A DNA stretch of 64,000 nt from positions 24,554,001 to 24,618,000 of the forward strand of contig NC_086109.1 in NCBI RefSeq assembly GCF_963921235.1, read 5' to 3'. Position numbers and translations under genes: made by a program. The notes beneath the pieces were generated by a model. It searched no databases, was not told the DNA's origin, and saw nothing but the letters and a program-made list of their open reading frames with translations. This document shows positions 1-12,249 of the stretch, in pieces (positions within the stretch are counted from its first letter, which is position 1; each line of letters opens with the position of its first letter). This stretch comes from Mobula hypostoma. Its lineage: Eukaryota.

Positions 1-53
1 GGTCCCTCTTCAGACACTTAATGTGATATGAAAAGGTCATACAGGGTTTACAC

Positions 54-378
54 AGAACATCAAATATAGGGCAGTGTAGTCCTTTTGGCCCACAATGTTG
101 TACCAACCTTTTAACCTACTCCAAGATCAATCTAATGCTTCCCTCCCCACATAGGCCTCCATTTTCCTTTCATCTATGTACCTGTGTAAGAGTGTCTTAA
201 ATGTTCCTAAAGTTTCTGCTTCTACCACCACCCCTGGAACTGCATTCCACACACTCACCAATCTGAAAAAAAAACAATTTCTGGCATCCCCCTATACTTT
301 CCTCCAAACAACTGAAAATTATTCATTCTTGTATTAGTCATTTCTGCCCCTGTGAAAAAGGCGCTGGCTGTCCACTCT
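54..378 (-). mobile_element. CR1/HER1-type LINE, decayed 3' fragment
   Basis: Reverse complement resembles the CR1 3' ends elsewhere in the window (e.g. 20355-20680, 30071-30620). Boundaries approximate. Confidence 0.65.
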
Positions 379-1289
379 TACATCCACAGAGTGTGATAGA
401 AAGAAATGAGCAGTGTGGTGTATGAGACCAAGCTTTAGACTTTCCTGATTAACGAAACTCAGTTCCATGATGGACAGACATTGATCAACAGAGCATCACA
501 TTCATAGTTTCTCCTTGTGAAGTGCTGTCAGAGAGCTGCATGGCGAGTACCAGACAGTGTTTGTGTTGCACGGCTGTGCATAACTGAATTGGCTACTTGC
601 ACTTAGTTTTGAAATTTAAGTTCTCTGTAAACAAAATCTCAACATGCGGCAAAGAAACACCAGTAACCTCTGGCACCCAGTTGCACAGCCTTGGTGTTTA
701 TCTAGTCTCCACGTTTTATTCCTCAGACGCCAAAGTCTGTCTCACAAATAGTAAAGAACTTGCTTGCAATATTTGCACCTTCACATAGCTCTATTGTGTT
801 GTCCTAGCCGTAATGCTGGGGGCATGCAGACAACTAAATATCTGAAAGGCATCAATCACAGATACCTGTCTGGCAGACTTCCCACGGCTTATTGTTTTCT
901 ACTGTGCAGAGAAACTAGTCTGTAAAATGAGAACAGCGAAAGTTCTATCAATGTCTAAACTCATGGGGAGACTATAATTAGTTGATTAATTAGCCATTAA
1001 TTAATCATAAGTTATCTACTATGCATGCAGGAACAGTCAGATCGCAAAGTGGAAAGGCAAGCACTTCACACCTCTCTCCATGAGGCAAAAGGACCTCAGT
1101 AATGGGGACAGATCACAGCTGCAAGCTGTTTAATTTCTAGAATATAGAACATTTGTTAGTATATTTGGAACTACAAGATCCGCTTTAACTTTCCAGAGAA
1201 TAGGAAGGCTTGGCATCCCTGAACACAACACAGCAAACATTCCAACGTTCTTGAAATTTATGGTTCAATGGGGACAGTAAATTCTAGAG

Positions 1290-1625
1290 GCTCTCTTTCC
1301 TGGGGAGTGAGCTGTGTAGGTTCAGGGCGAGATTGTTTTTGATCATTAAGGAAATCGAGAGATAAAATCGTTGGGCAGGAATATGGAGTTGAGACAGAAG
1401 ATGAACCACGATTTTGTTGAATGGTGAAGCTGGCTTGAGGGGCCCACTACTAAGAAGTCGAAGAAGGAGAAGGCCATTCAGCACAAGGCATGGCACCACC
1501 ACTCAAGAAAATCACTGCTGATTGATCCCCTTAATACTCAAAGATCTCTCGTTCTCTGTCTTGAATATGTTTAATGACTGACGCACCAGAGGCCTCTAAA
1601 TAAAGAATTTTGGTGAAGAAATTGT
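1290..1625. mobile_element. Two decayed CR1 3'-end fragments, tail to tail
   Basis: A + fragment ending ttgaatggtgaagctggcttgagggg is followed by a - fragment starting aggccattcagc; both resemble the CR1 3' UTR at 51360-51440. Confidence 0.5.
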
Positions 1626-1730
1626 CCTGCTTTTATTTCTTTGATTGTGTTTGGTTTATAATTGTCACATGTACTATGACACAGTGAGCAGTTTTGTTTT
1701 GCATGCCATCCAGACAGACCATGGCTACTT

Positions 1731-1860
1731 AGGGGGCAGCACGGTACTGTATCAGTTAGTGTAACACTATTACAGTGTTAATGACCTGTTAATTTGTATA
1801 TTCTCCACATGACCACATGAGTTTCCTCTCTGAGCTCTGGTTTCCTCCTACATTCCAAAC
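1731..1860 (+). mobile_element. tRNA-derived V-SINE (HE1-like), truncated
   Basis: tRNA-like head (ggggcagcacggt...gttag) plus V-domain-like gtttcctc...ctctggtttcctcctacattccaaa. Confidence 0.6.
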
Positions 1861-1904
1861 AGCATTCATTTCCAAACAGAGAATGTCTCAGTCAATCAGA
1901 GGTT

Positions 1905-2390
1905 GGGTACTCACCTCCCATCATCCAAAGTCCTTCCATGACAAGACATAAATCAGATGGAATAATCACCACTTGCTAGGATAAATGTAGCCCTAACAAC
2001 ACCAACGAAGGTGATCACCATTAGAGATAAAGTAGCCAACTCGACCATTGCCCCATCAGCCAACTTATCTTCCACCAGGATTGTACAGTGGCTGCAGTGT
2101 TCTCCATCTACACAAATGAATACAGTTACATGGCTATGCTGATCTCACAGCATCTCCCAAACCTACAAACTGTTTCACTGAGGACAAAGGCAGCAGGCAT
2201 ACGGGAGCCACATGGACTGCAGGTACCCTCCCAAGTCACAGACTATCCTAACACTGACCAGTCCTTCGTTGTCTCTAGGTCTAAGTCCTGTAACCCACTG
2301 CACTGTGGGCATACCTTCACCAGAGGGACAGCAGTGGTCCCACCACCTTCTCAAGGAAAATTCTGGTTTTGTCAACAATGTTCAGACAGT
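1905..2390 (+). mobile_element. Old non-LTR retrotransposon ORF2 C-terminus/3' end (CR1/L2-related, family uncertain)
   Basis: Degenerate VAAVFSIY-like coding remnant and a ccaccaccttctcaagg 3' motif. A related minus-strand fragment lies at ~16720-16910. Confidence 0.45.
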
Positions 2391-3934
2391 GGAAAATGAA
2401 TAAAAAATAAAACAAAGTGTAATCATAAGATGATAAGTTGTAGAAATATGTTAAAATAGCAGTGATAGTCACCTCTCAGATAATGAAAGTGTCGTGAAGA
2501 ATCTGATTTGAGATAAAACATAGATTTTCATATTGGCACTTCCCCAGCATAGTTCCTACAAATCTGAATGACAAATGCGATTTTAGCAAAGATTATTTGG
2601 TCAAGAGGTAAGAGAAACTCTCAACTCAACATCAGTTGATTGAACTGCAGCCTCCCATAAGCTAATTGATCTGGATTTGGTTATGCGGTGAATAAAATAC
2701 CCAACCACTTAATGATCATAGAATAACATCCCCCAAAATATAAACACTTATCTGATGCATTCAACTATACTGGAACAGGAAGAGCCAAGAAGAACTCTGA
2801 CAAAATTCCCACAATAAAACTCCTCGCAGATAGGGTAGATCTAAGCTGAAGCCCAGAGTATTCCTGCTGAAATGGGATGTCAGTACCCATGGAAACAGAC
2901 GGTAGCAAAAGTCAGTAGTTGAGGAAAGGAGTTGGGGGAGGGGGGTTGTAGGGGAGAACAGTAGGAGGGGAGAGTGGAATTTATGATGAACATTTGACAG
3001 ATTACAATCAGCACTCTGATATCTCAGAATTCAGTGCATGCAGTGTTTTGGTAAGAGTAGAATAGGGGATGTAAAGTATCAGACAATGAAAGTGCTGATT
3101 TTTTTTACCATCCTCCTGTTTAGTGTAAGATAATATCACACATAGGGGCAGGACACACCTAATGTGGGCAGCCTGAGACTTCTCCCACTCATTGCAAGTG
3201 TAATCAAATCTGCTGCTTGCATTGCAGGCAAATATTTATTTGGATGTCTCGGCTGTACACAATAGCGGGCTGTGCAGGTGTCAGTAATGTAGACATCACA
3301 ATACCAGATGGGGACAAGAGGCCTTGACAGTCACAGATATCACCTTTTACCAGCACAATGCAGAGTTGGGTTTGAGTTCTGGTGTTTCATTCAATACTAA
3401 TGTAAATCTATTCAAGATTTATAATCATCACTATAACCAAATTCATCTGGAATATATTGCCTGAAAGGATGGTGAATGTGGGTTCAAAAGGGAATTGGAT
3501 AAATACTTAAAGGAGAAATAAGGAAGATGGATTAATCGGATAGCTGTCTGAAAGGGAATGGGTTGAATGGTATCCTTGTGAATCATTTCATTCTATGATT
3601 GCCTGTGTAAAGAAATGGAGAATATTTTTAATTGTGCACTAATGCATTTATTTCCCCATAGGTTCAAACCTTTTTCTGTCTTCTCTGCCCTACAAAACCC
3701 ACAACACTGCCTCCACACCCATATCTCCAGAACACACTGTTCCTCTCAAATCTGAAATTGCTCCCTGGAATCTTTCCACTCCTTTGAAACCCTGATTATG
3801 TCTTATCACATTCAATCAGGTTTTGACCATCGAGCAAGTTCTTTGTTTAGCAATGGGCACTCACAAAATGGAGAACAGTTGGGGGGGGGGATACCCTACC
3901 CTCTCACGCACGCCTGAAATCACAAGAGGAAACA

Positions 3935-4200
3935 GGCAAGCACAACATGGTAGCACAATACTTTACAATACAGGTGACCTGGGTTCTACCCTCATTGTTG
4001 CTTTTAAGCAGTTTATTTGTTCTCCCCAGTGACCCCTTTGGGAGTCCTCCCACAGTCCAAAGATATACTGATTGGTGGGTTAATTGGTCATTATAAATTG
4101 TCCTGTGATCAGGCTAGGATTAAACTGAAGGATTGCTGGGCAGTGTGTTCCAAAGATCCAGAAGGACCTATTCCTTACTATCTCAATAAATAAATAAATA
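3935..4200 (+). mobile_element. V-SINE (HE1-like) with CR1-like tail and (TAAA)n end
   Basis: B-box-like gggttc, V core ctcccacagtccaaaga, tail gaaggacctattcc...aataaataaata. Homologous to 32440-32745 and 56290-56570. Confidence 0.7.
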
Positions 4201-4569
4201 TGCAGGTTTATGGATTGGTAATCGAGATACACTCCCCATCCTATATTTTCATTTGGCTGTCCAATAGCGTTCAAGCTCTATGCCAGACTTCAGGAGGTAT
4301 TGTCATCACTGTTGTTGCGTGATTATCCCTTTGCCTTCTCACCAGTCTGGCCACACTACAGACAAACCAAGCGTGAACTTGAAGGGTGGAAACTCATCCA
4401 GTGATTGTACTTTGTGAAATGTCCTGATTGTTTTCTGATATTGAGAGGCAGGTTCAACTATGTTCAGAAAGAAATTACAGCTTTGTCATTAGGAGGGCTT
4501 AGTATACGATTTATGTCTTCAGAACTGAGACTTCCTTTACTGAAAACAGCACCCAGCTGGTGGCTGCTG

Positions 4570-5345
4570 AATGGAGGCTAAGAGGTAGGGTGGAGTGGAA
4601 AGGGGGAGATTGGAGTGGGAGCCACTCGAGGAGCAGGCACAGGAGGGAGATGGAGGATAGGAAATAGAAGGAGTAAGAGAATGGGGAGGGAGAGCTGAAT
4701 GAGGTGATATGCAGAGGGTGAATTGAGTTAGATAGTGTGGAAGGTTGAATGAGGAGGTTTGAGCAGGGGGGATTAAACAAGGAAGGATGAAGTGGAGAGG
4801 TTAAATGATGAGGTGTTAATGAGAAGGTGTGAGGAGGGGAATTGAATGAGGAGGATTGAATGAGGAAGTATGAAGAGGAGAGATTGAATGATGAGATGTG
4901 AGGAGGGAGAGTTGAACGAGGAGTGGTACAGAGGGAGATTTGATTGAGGAGGGGTGAATGTGAGGAAGGACAAATGAATGAGGAAGGGTGAGGAGGGAGA
5001 ATTGACTGAGGAGGGGAGGATGCGGAGGTGTGAGGAGAGAGAATTGAATGAGAAGGTTTGAGGAGGGAGGATTGAATGAAGTGTGAGGAGGAATTGTTGA
5101 ATGAGGAGGTGTGAGGAGGGAGATTTGCATGAAGAAAGGTGAGGAGGGAGATTCAATGAGGAGGAGTGGAGAGAAGTGTGAATGAGGAGGAGAGGGGTGA
5201 ATGAGGTGAAGTGTAGGGGACAGTGTGACAGAAGGGTGCAGACCAATAGATACACAGAGGTGTATGTACAGAAGGAGAGCTGTGATCAGACAATTTCAGA
5301 GGGGTCAAGTATGGAGGTGAGATGAAGAAGGAAAGATACAGAGGC
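4570..5345 (+). repeat. Polypurine degenerate minisatellite (~27-30 bp unit, GAATGAGGAGGTGTGAGGAGGGAGATT-like)
   Basis: Repeated ttgaatgaggag...gtgaggagggag units with almost no C on the + strand; produces Ser/Pro/Leu/His-rich spurious minus-strand ORFs. Confidence 0.85.
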
Positions 5346-6719
5346 AAATTAATCTGTCAACTGACTTAAGGACTGAAATGTCACCCATAATAACCGAGTG
5401 TAAATGGGGATGGCACAAATACAGATGGGTAGGTTAGTAAGTTAGCAAATGATACAAAGATTAGGATTGTTGTGAATAGTGTAGATGACTGACAAAGGAC
5501 ACAGCAGGAAAGAGATCAGTTGCAGATATGGGTAGAGAAATGGCAAATGGAGTTTTGTGATACATATTTGCTTCTATCTCATGTTGGCTAAGTTTGCTTT
5601 CTGAATAGCAGTTGCCATTTGAAAGGTCAAAACAGATGTAAGTACACTTCCAACTAACAGCTTATTTAACTTTTGGCTGTAAATAGAAGTCAGTCTTCAG
5701 TTCTTAAAATGTAAATCAAAAGCAATAATAATCATGAAGTTAAAAACACTCTATAGAACAGCATTGCAAATAGGCTACATACTTTGAAGACGTTCTGTCT
5801 ATAACGGGTCACTGCACCTGCTTTATTATTGTTCAAGAGTAAAGGATAGGATGATGGATTATTTAATTTGCATTGTTTCAAAGAGACAAGCTGACTCTTA
5901 AGTTGCTTAGTTCAAGGTAGTTTTCTGAACCAGATGAGCAATATCATTTAGCACATCAATAGCTAATGTGTTTATAGTTGAGAAGGTTATGTACTCAGAA
6001 GTTATCTTTACAGCATTAATGGTAGCTAGCTAAAATCGATGTCTCCAAAGATGCTTTTAAATCATTTGTGTTAAACGGATATCTGAGGAAATATCACATT
6101 CTTGTGAAGTCACTCAAGTGGGGAAAAAAGGGTATAGATGTAGACAGCAGTTCAGACTTATTAGGAATGGGGTGAGAAATATCAGGAAACATGAAAGTAC
6201 TAGAATCCATTCCTCCAGCTTTGGTTTCAATGATGGAAAATTGGTTTGTCTGCATCTTTGATATGTCTTTTTAGTTCATAGGAATTGAACCCATGTTTTG
6301 GAAATCCTTCGCCCCTTACACTTAATCCTTAATTCCTTTGTAATTGAGAAAAGCTTTGTACTTACGCTTTGGAAATGGCTTGTAATTGGAAAATATTTGA
6401 GATGGCAATCCTCTGAAAGTATTAAATGTTTTTTTTTTAGTGTTGTGTGGATTTAAATGTGTATCATTGTGAATACATACACTACTTCATTAGCTAAAAG
6501 TATCTTCTCTTTAGTAGGGAGAGCGGATCCATCAGCGAATAGTGAGTATTGGCAGCTAAACTCACCATGGAGAATAAACAAGAATGTAAACTGAGCTTTG
6601 AAGATTGTGCAGTTACAGTATAATCTCCCTTTAGTGAGAGTACTTGTGGATATTTATATCTGATAGGACTAAAGTCTTTGAGTTTAGAACTTTGCTGTCA
6701 GCAAACCCAATACGATGAT

Positions 6720-7630
6720 AGCTTAACCCAGCCAAGTGTAAACTGCTATACTTCGGGAGACCAAAGGAAACAGTACACTGTCAATGGCATGATCATTAAT
6801 GGTGTCAACTGCAGAGGGATTTTGGAATACAGATCCATATCTCCCTAAAAGTGACTATTCAGGTGGTAAAGGAGGCAGATGGCATGCTTGCCTAATTAGC
6901 TGTGGAGCTGAGTTCAAGAGTCGGAAGCCATGTTGCAGCTTTGTAAAACTAGTTAGGCCACATCTAGAGTATTACATTCATTTCTGATTACCCCACTAGA
7001 GGAAGGATGTTGAGGCTTTGGAGAGGGTGCAGAAGAGGTTTGCCAGGATGCTGCCTGAATTAGAGGGCATGTGCTATGAGAAGAAGGTGGACAAACTTGG
7101 ATTGTTTTCGGTGGAGTGGTGGAGACTGGGGGAAGAACTGATAGAGGTTTATAAGATTGTGAGAGTAGAGAGCTTCCCTTTTCCCAAGGTAGAAATGTCT
7201 AATACCAGAAGGCATGTGTTTAAGGTGAGAGGGATAAGTTCAGAGGAGATGTGTGGCACAAGTTTTTCGCACAGAGGGTGGCAGGTGCACTGCCAGGTGT
7301 GGTGGTGCTGAAAGCATATATAATACAGGTGAATGACAGGCATATGAATGTGCAGGAAATAGAATGATATGAACCTTATATAGGCAGAATGGATAGTTTA
7401 GTTAGGCTTCTGATTACTCTGTGTTTGGCACAACAATGTGGGCCAAAGGGTATGCCCTAAGTTCTATTTTCTAAGATTACTAAAAATTATTAGGGAATCT
7501 TGATACCAGAGGGCATTCATTTAAGACAAGAGAGGGTAAGTTCAAAGGAGACATGCAGAATAAATTTTTTACACAGCAAGTGCTGGGTGCCTGGAATGCA
7601 CTGCCAGGTGTGGTGGCTGAAGAAGATATG
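6720..7630 (+). mobile_element. CR1 LINE, decayed RT C-terminus and 3' end
   Basis: ORFs read LVRPHLEYYIHF and ERVQKRFARMLPELEG...LGLFSVE, typical CR1 ORF2 C-terminal motifs. Confidence 0.8.
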
Positions 7631-7642
7631 GTGTGATTATGG

Positions 7643-8580
7643 TGGGGGACCTCGGTAGCACGGTGATTAGTGTAGCACTTTACAGTGCCAGCAATTACTG
7701 ATCAGAGTTCAATTCCCTCTGCTGTCCGTAGGAAGTTCATACATTCTCCTTCAGGCCGCGGGGTTTCCTCTGGTTCTGATTTCCTCCCACTTTCCAGAAA
7801 AACGCATTGTTCAGGTTAGGGTCAGTAAATTGTGAGCAATGTTGCATTGGCACCACAAGCATGGCATCACTTTAGAGCTGCCCAAGCACATCCCTGGACT
7901 GTCTTTGTCCATATATAACCATATAACAATTACAGCACGGAAACAGGCCATCTTGACCCTTCTAGTCCATGCTGAACTCTTACTCTCACCTTGTCCCACC
8001 GACCTGCACTCAGCCCATAACCCTCCATTCCTTTCATGTCCATATAGCTGTCCAATTTAACTTTAAACGACAACATCCAAGCTGCCTCAACCACTTCTGC
8101 TGGAAGCTCGTTCCACACAGCTACCACTCTCTGAGTAAAGAAGCTCCCCCTCATCTTACCCCTAAACTTTTGCCCTTTAACTCTCAACTCATGTCCTCTT
8201 GTTTGAATCTCCCCCACTCTCAATGGAAAAAGCCTATCCACGTCAACTCTATCTATCTCCCCCATAATTTTAAATACCTCTATCAAGTCCCCCCCTCAAC
8301 CTTCTACGTTCCAAAGAATAAAGATCCAACTTGTTCAACCTTTCTCTGTAACTTAGGTGCTGAAACCCAGGTAACATTCTAGTAAACTTTCTCTGTACTC
8401 TCTCTATTTGTTGACATCTTTCCTATAATTCAGTGACCAAAACTGTACACAATACTCCAAATTTGGCCTCACCAATGCCTTGTACAATTTCAACATTACA
8501 ACATTGTCGTTAACACATTTCACTGCGTGTTTCAATGTTTCAATGTACGTGTGACAAATAAAGTTAAAATTCTTTATCTT
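7643..8580 (+). mobile_element. V-SINE (second tail type) split by a CR1 insertion
   Basis: Head and V core at 7643-7909; tail tttcactg...gtgacaaataaag at 8503-8580. Colinear with the uninterrupted copy at 39640-39970. Confidence 0.65.
7910..8500 (-). mobile_element. CR1 LINE, 5'-truncated
   Basis: ORF 7930-8286 (IEVFKIM...TRGHELRV...FFTQRVVAVWNELP) and KALVRPNLEYCVQFWS; short tandem tail at 7910-7930. Confidence 0.85.
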
Positions 8581-8582
8581 CA

Positions 8583-9625
8583 GTAAGCTAGGTATGTGGG
8601 CTGAGGATTGCTGAATGGATTTTAATCCAGATAACACACTCACAAAATTCTGGAGGAAGTCTTCAGGCCAGGCAGCATCTATGGAAAAGAGTACAGTCAA
8701 CGTTTCGAGCTAAGGCCTTAATCAGGTCCTGCTGAAGTGTCTTGGCCCGAAACATTAACTGTACCCTTCTCCATAGATGCTGCCTGGCCTGCTGAGTTCC
8801 TCCAGTATTTTGTGTGTGTTGCTTGGATTTCCAGCATCTGCATATATTCTCTTGTCTTTAATCCAGATAAATGTGTTGTATAGTAGTTTGGGAGATCAAA
8901 CTATGGTAGCAATTATAAAGTAAATTGTAGGGCCCTAGTTATAGTGATACAGTGAATGGAGTGTTAAGGAACAGTGGGAGTCAGGAGTGGAAATGCATAG
9001 TTTTGCTCAAAGTGATGAAGAAGGCAATTTTAACGTTGGTCTTCCTCAGTCTGCACATTGAGAAAAGACTTCGGTAAATTATGAAGCAGTTATATAAGAC
9101 ATTGGCGATGCTGCAATTGGAGTATTATGTACAGTTTTTGTTACCCTGTTGTAGGAAAGATGTTATTAAACTAGAAAGAGTGCAGAAAAGATTTACTTAG
9201 ATATTGCCTGGATTTTGGGCCTGAGTGATAAGATTAGGATGAGATTAGGACTTCATTCTCTGGAATTTAGAAGATTGAGTGAGTGGTATATAAGATTATG
9301 AGGGACATTAACAGGGTGAAAGGACATACTGTTCTCCCAGAAGGGAGGTGCTGAAAGCAAGAGGGCATTGTTTAAAATGAGAGATTTTAAAAAGATTACA
9401 GGGGCAGTATCTTAATGGAAAGGATGGTGTGCACTTGGAATAAGTCGACAGAATGACAGGCACTTTAGAAACATTTAAAAGCCATCTAGGTAAATACATG
9501 GAGAGGAGGGGATTAGCAGGCTAGGGGCCAAGCGTAGGGAAATAGACTAGCTTACTGGGCAACGCAGTTAGCATGGCTGAGTTGGGCCAAGGACCTTGTT
9601 TCCATGCTGTATGACTCTATGATAT
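8583..9625 (+). mobile_element. CR1 LINE, decayed RT C-terminus and 3' end; hosts a ribozyme fold-back
   Basis: Degenerate CR1 motifs (tggagtattatgtacagtttt, gagtgcagaaaagatttac) and a tail ending ctgtatgactctatga. Confidence 0.75.
8635..8856. mobile_element. 222-bp fold-back derived from the Penelope-like 3' end, with two decayed hammerhead motifs at its centre
   Basis: Arms are reverse complements. Flanked by a perfect 14-bp direct repeat TTTAATCCAGATAA (8621-8634 and 8857-8870). Confidence 0.8.
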
Positions 9626-10134
9626 CAATGTCTAATGCCCCACCACATCTTATACCAACCTACAATATGTTCCTCAAGAACCTCTATCTGAACAAGCTTC
9701 CACACAGTGAATCCAAAGCTAGGAGCACAATATAGGGAGCAATATATCCAATGGGGAAAGAAATAGTGTTCAAGTGTGAAGCGCCTGTCGCTGAATATCC
9801 ATGCACATGTCTGAGTGGCAGCATGCATTACTGTGTGACCTGGATATTGAGAACCACCTAATAGATCTTGGATTGTATTTAGTGATTGACTTTCCAAAGA
9901 AATATTGTCACATGATCTGTGTACTTTATGATTGTTCTTTGCCTTGGAATTTCTTAACCTCTGTAATTCTTTCAGTTTGTCCCTGGGATTTTTCCAGTTT
10001 CAATAAATATTCTCACTTTTCCCGTGACTGCAATTTTGCCCGGCGTCAGTTTAATCCAGATTATTTGTTAGAATTGGACCTTATGTTAAAAGCTGCATTA
10101 AAGCTGGAATAAACCAAAGGATTTGGGTCAGCAG

Positions 10135-10460
10135 GGGGGTGCAATTTGTGAAACCGCTGCCTTAACAGCTGAACGGACCCTGGTTCAATTCTGACCTTGG
10201 ATGCTGTCTGCATGGAGTTTGCACGTTCTCTTGGGGACTGCTTGAGTTTTCCCCATATGCTTCTGTTTCTTCCCACATCCCAAAGACATACAGGTAGGTA
10301 GGTTAGGACCAGAATCAGATTTACTTTCTTGGATAGGCACATGGATGAAAGAGAAATAGAGGGTTATGTGGGACGGAAATGTAAAATTGATCTTGGAGTA
10401 GGCTAAAAGATCAGCACAACCCTGTGGGCTGTATGGCCTATACTGTGCTGTACTATTCAA
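10135..10460 (+). mobile_element. V-SINE head/core followed by a CR1 3' end
   Basis: tRNA B-box ggttcaatt, V core ttcccacatcccaaagac, then a CR1-type 3' UTR ending gcctatactgtgctgtac. Confidence 0.55.
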
Positions 10461-10461
10461 C

Positions 10462-10983
10462 AATCAGTAGCTACTTTATTAGATACTTATCATACCTAAT
10501 AAAGTGACCACTGAGTTTATGTTTGTGGTCTTTTGCTGCTGTTTGAAGGTTTGACATGTTGTGTGTTTAGAGATGCTCTTCTGCACACCATTGTTGTAAC
10601 ACATAGTAATTTGACTTACTGTCACCTCCCTGTCAGTTTGAACTAGTCTGGCTATCCTTGTCTGAGCTCTCTCATTAACAAGACTTTCACACCCACAGAA
10701 CTGCAGCTCACTGGATGTCTCTTTGTTTTTCTCTGTAAACTCTAGAGAGTGTTGCGCATGAAAATCCCAGATCAGCAGTTTCTGAGATACTGAACCCAAC
10801 CAGTCAGGTACCATCCATCTTTCCAAAGTCAAAGTCACTTAGGTCACATTTCTTCCCCATTGTGACACTTGGTCTGAACAGCAACTGAACCTCTTGGCCA
10901 TGTCTGCGTGCTTTTATGCATTGAATTTTTGCCACATGATTGGATGATCAGTTGTTTGCATTTACGATGCCTAATAAAGTGTA
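10462..10983 (-). mobile_element. Tc1/mariner DNA transposon, internally deleted, retaining the N-terminal DNA-binding region
   Basis: ORF 10479-10838 reads LVNERAQTRIARLVQTDREVTVSQIT...ISKHTTCQTFK, like the Tc1/Tc3 second HTH. Terminal motif actttattag (left) versus ctaataaagt (right). No DDE domain. Confidence 0.8.
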
Positions 10984-11384
10984 TATTCTACATTGAATGA
11001 TTTTACATGTTGCTGTGGCATCTCTGTTCACTTCAGTGTGTGCACAGCAGTTTGTTCATTTACTTATGTTCCTTGGAAGATATACTGTATAACTCCTCTG
11101 TGCACTCTTGTGTGGGGTTGGAATTACAAAACAGACTTTCACTGATTAACCAAAGTCAACTCTCTGCATGTGTGAGGCAAAACTGTGAGTGCCCACAGGC
11201 TCTTTGACTGCAGAAGGGTGATCCAAACTGTGGCGGGTATCCTGCTGTGATCTGGCACTGAAGCAAACACATCTGCCAATAGGTCTAACCAAATGCCAAT
11301 CAAGCAGTGCCCGCCTTTTCATTCCCAAGAGTTCGAGGCATTTAGAACTTTGTCCAAGCTGCCCCGGAGGAGATGTAATAAATT

Positions 11385-11900
11385 GGTAACTTGGTTTATT
11401 TTTGTCACATGTACCGGGGAACAGAGAAAAACTTGCATACTGTCTATATAGATCAATGCATTGCAACAATGGTAAAACAATTTCAGAGTGTAGAATGAAG
11501 TGTAACAGCTGCAGAGAAAGTGCAGTGCAGATAAACAGTGAGGAGCAAGATTACAACAAGGGTGGACTGTGAGGTTAAGAGTCCATTTCATCATACTAGA
11601 GCAATATTTAGCAGTCTTATAACAGTGGGATAGAAGCAGTCCTTCAGCCTAATGGTACAAGCTTTTATGCTTTTGTATCTTCTGCCTAATGGGAGGGAGT
11701 TGAAGAGAGATTGCCCCAGGGTAGTTGGGATCCTTGATTATGCTTGCTGGTTTAGTGAGGAGTAAAATGTGTAGACAGAGTCCATGGAGGGGAGGCTGGT
11801 TTCCATGATGTGTTGAGTCGTACCCACAACTCTCTGTAATTTCTTGTGGTCACGGGCAGAGCGGTTGTCGTACAAAGCTGTGATGCATTCATATAGGACT
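11385..11900 (-). mobile_element. Rex1/Babar-type LINE 3' fragment
   Basis: ORF 11738-11959 contains ECITALYDN...HKKLQRVVGTTQHIMETSLPSMDSVY; tail gtacatgtgacaaaaataaa on the minus strand. Confidence 0.75.
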
Positions 11901-12249
11901 CTCTCGAACAATAGCTCAGCACAGACGTGGATCCTGTGAGGTGCTCTGTTGGCTATCACACCAACTGGTATATATACTGCTCCACAATCATGGAATTAGG
12001 ATATAATCAATAGAGACTGCAATTCCTTCTGATGTGCAGCAGGGCAGCTATAGCCTAAGATGTTCTCAATATGTTCCTTGGGTGTTCCTTAATCCAAATC
12101 ACTGTCAACCTGAAGATCTTCTTTGACCTGGAGTTTTCAGGGCTTTGCTTAGCTGCTAGATATCAGGCTCACTCACCAACTGGGTGTGTCATTGATATAT
12201 TTCTCCACCTGCCATCTGACCAGGAGCATCCTGCTCACTCAGTTACAGG

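Noticed and set aside
2883..2896. RFX X-box-like palindrome GTACCCATGGAAAC
   Set aside because: A single imperfect motif with no CpG island or gene start nearby; expected by chance in 64 kb.
4511..5347. Ser/Pro/Leu/His-rich ORFs
   Set aside because: Artefacts of the pyrimidine strand of the polypurine minisatellite.
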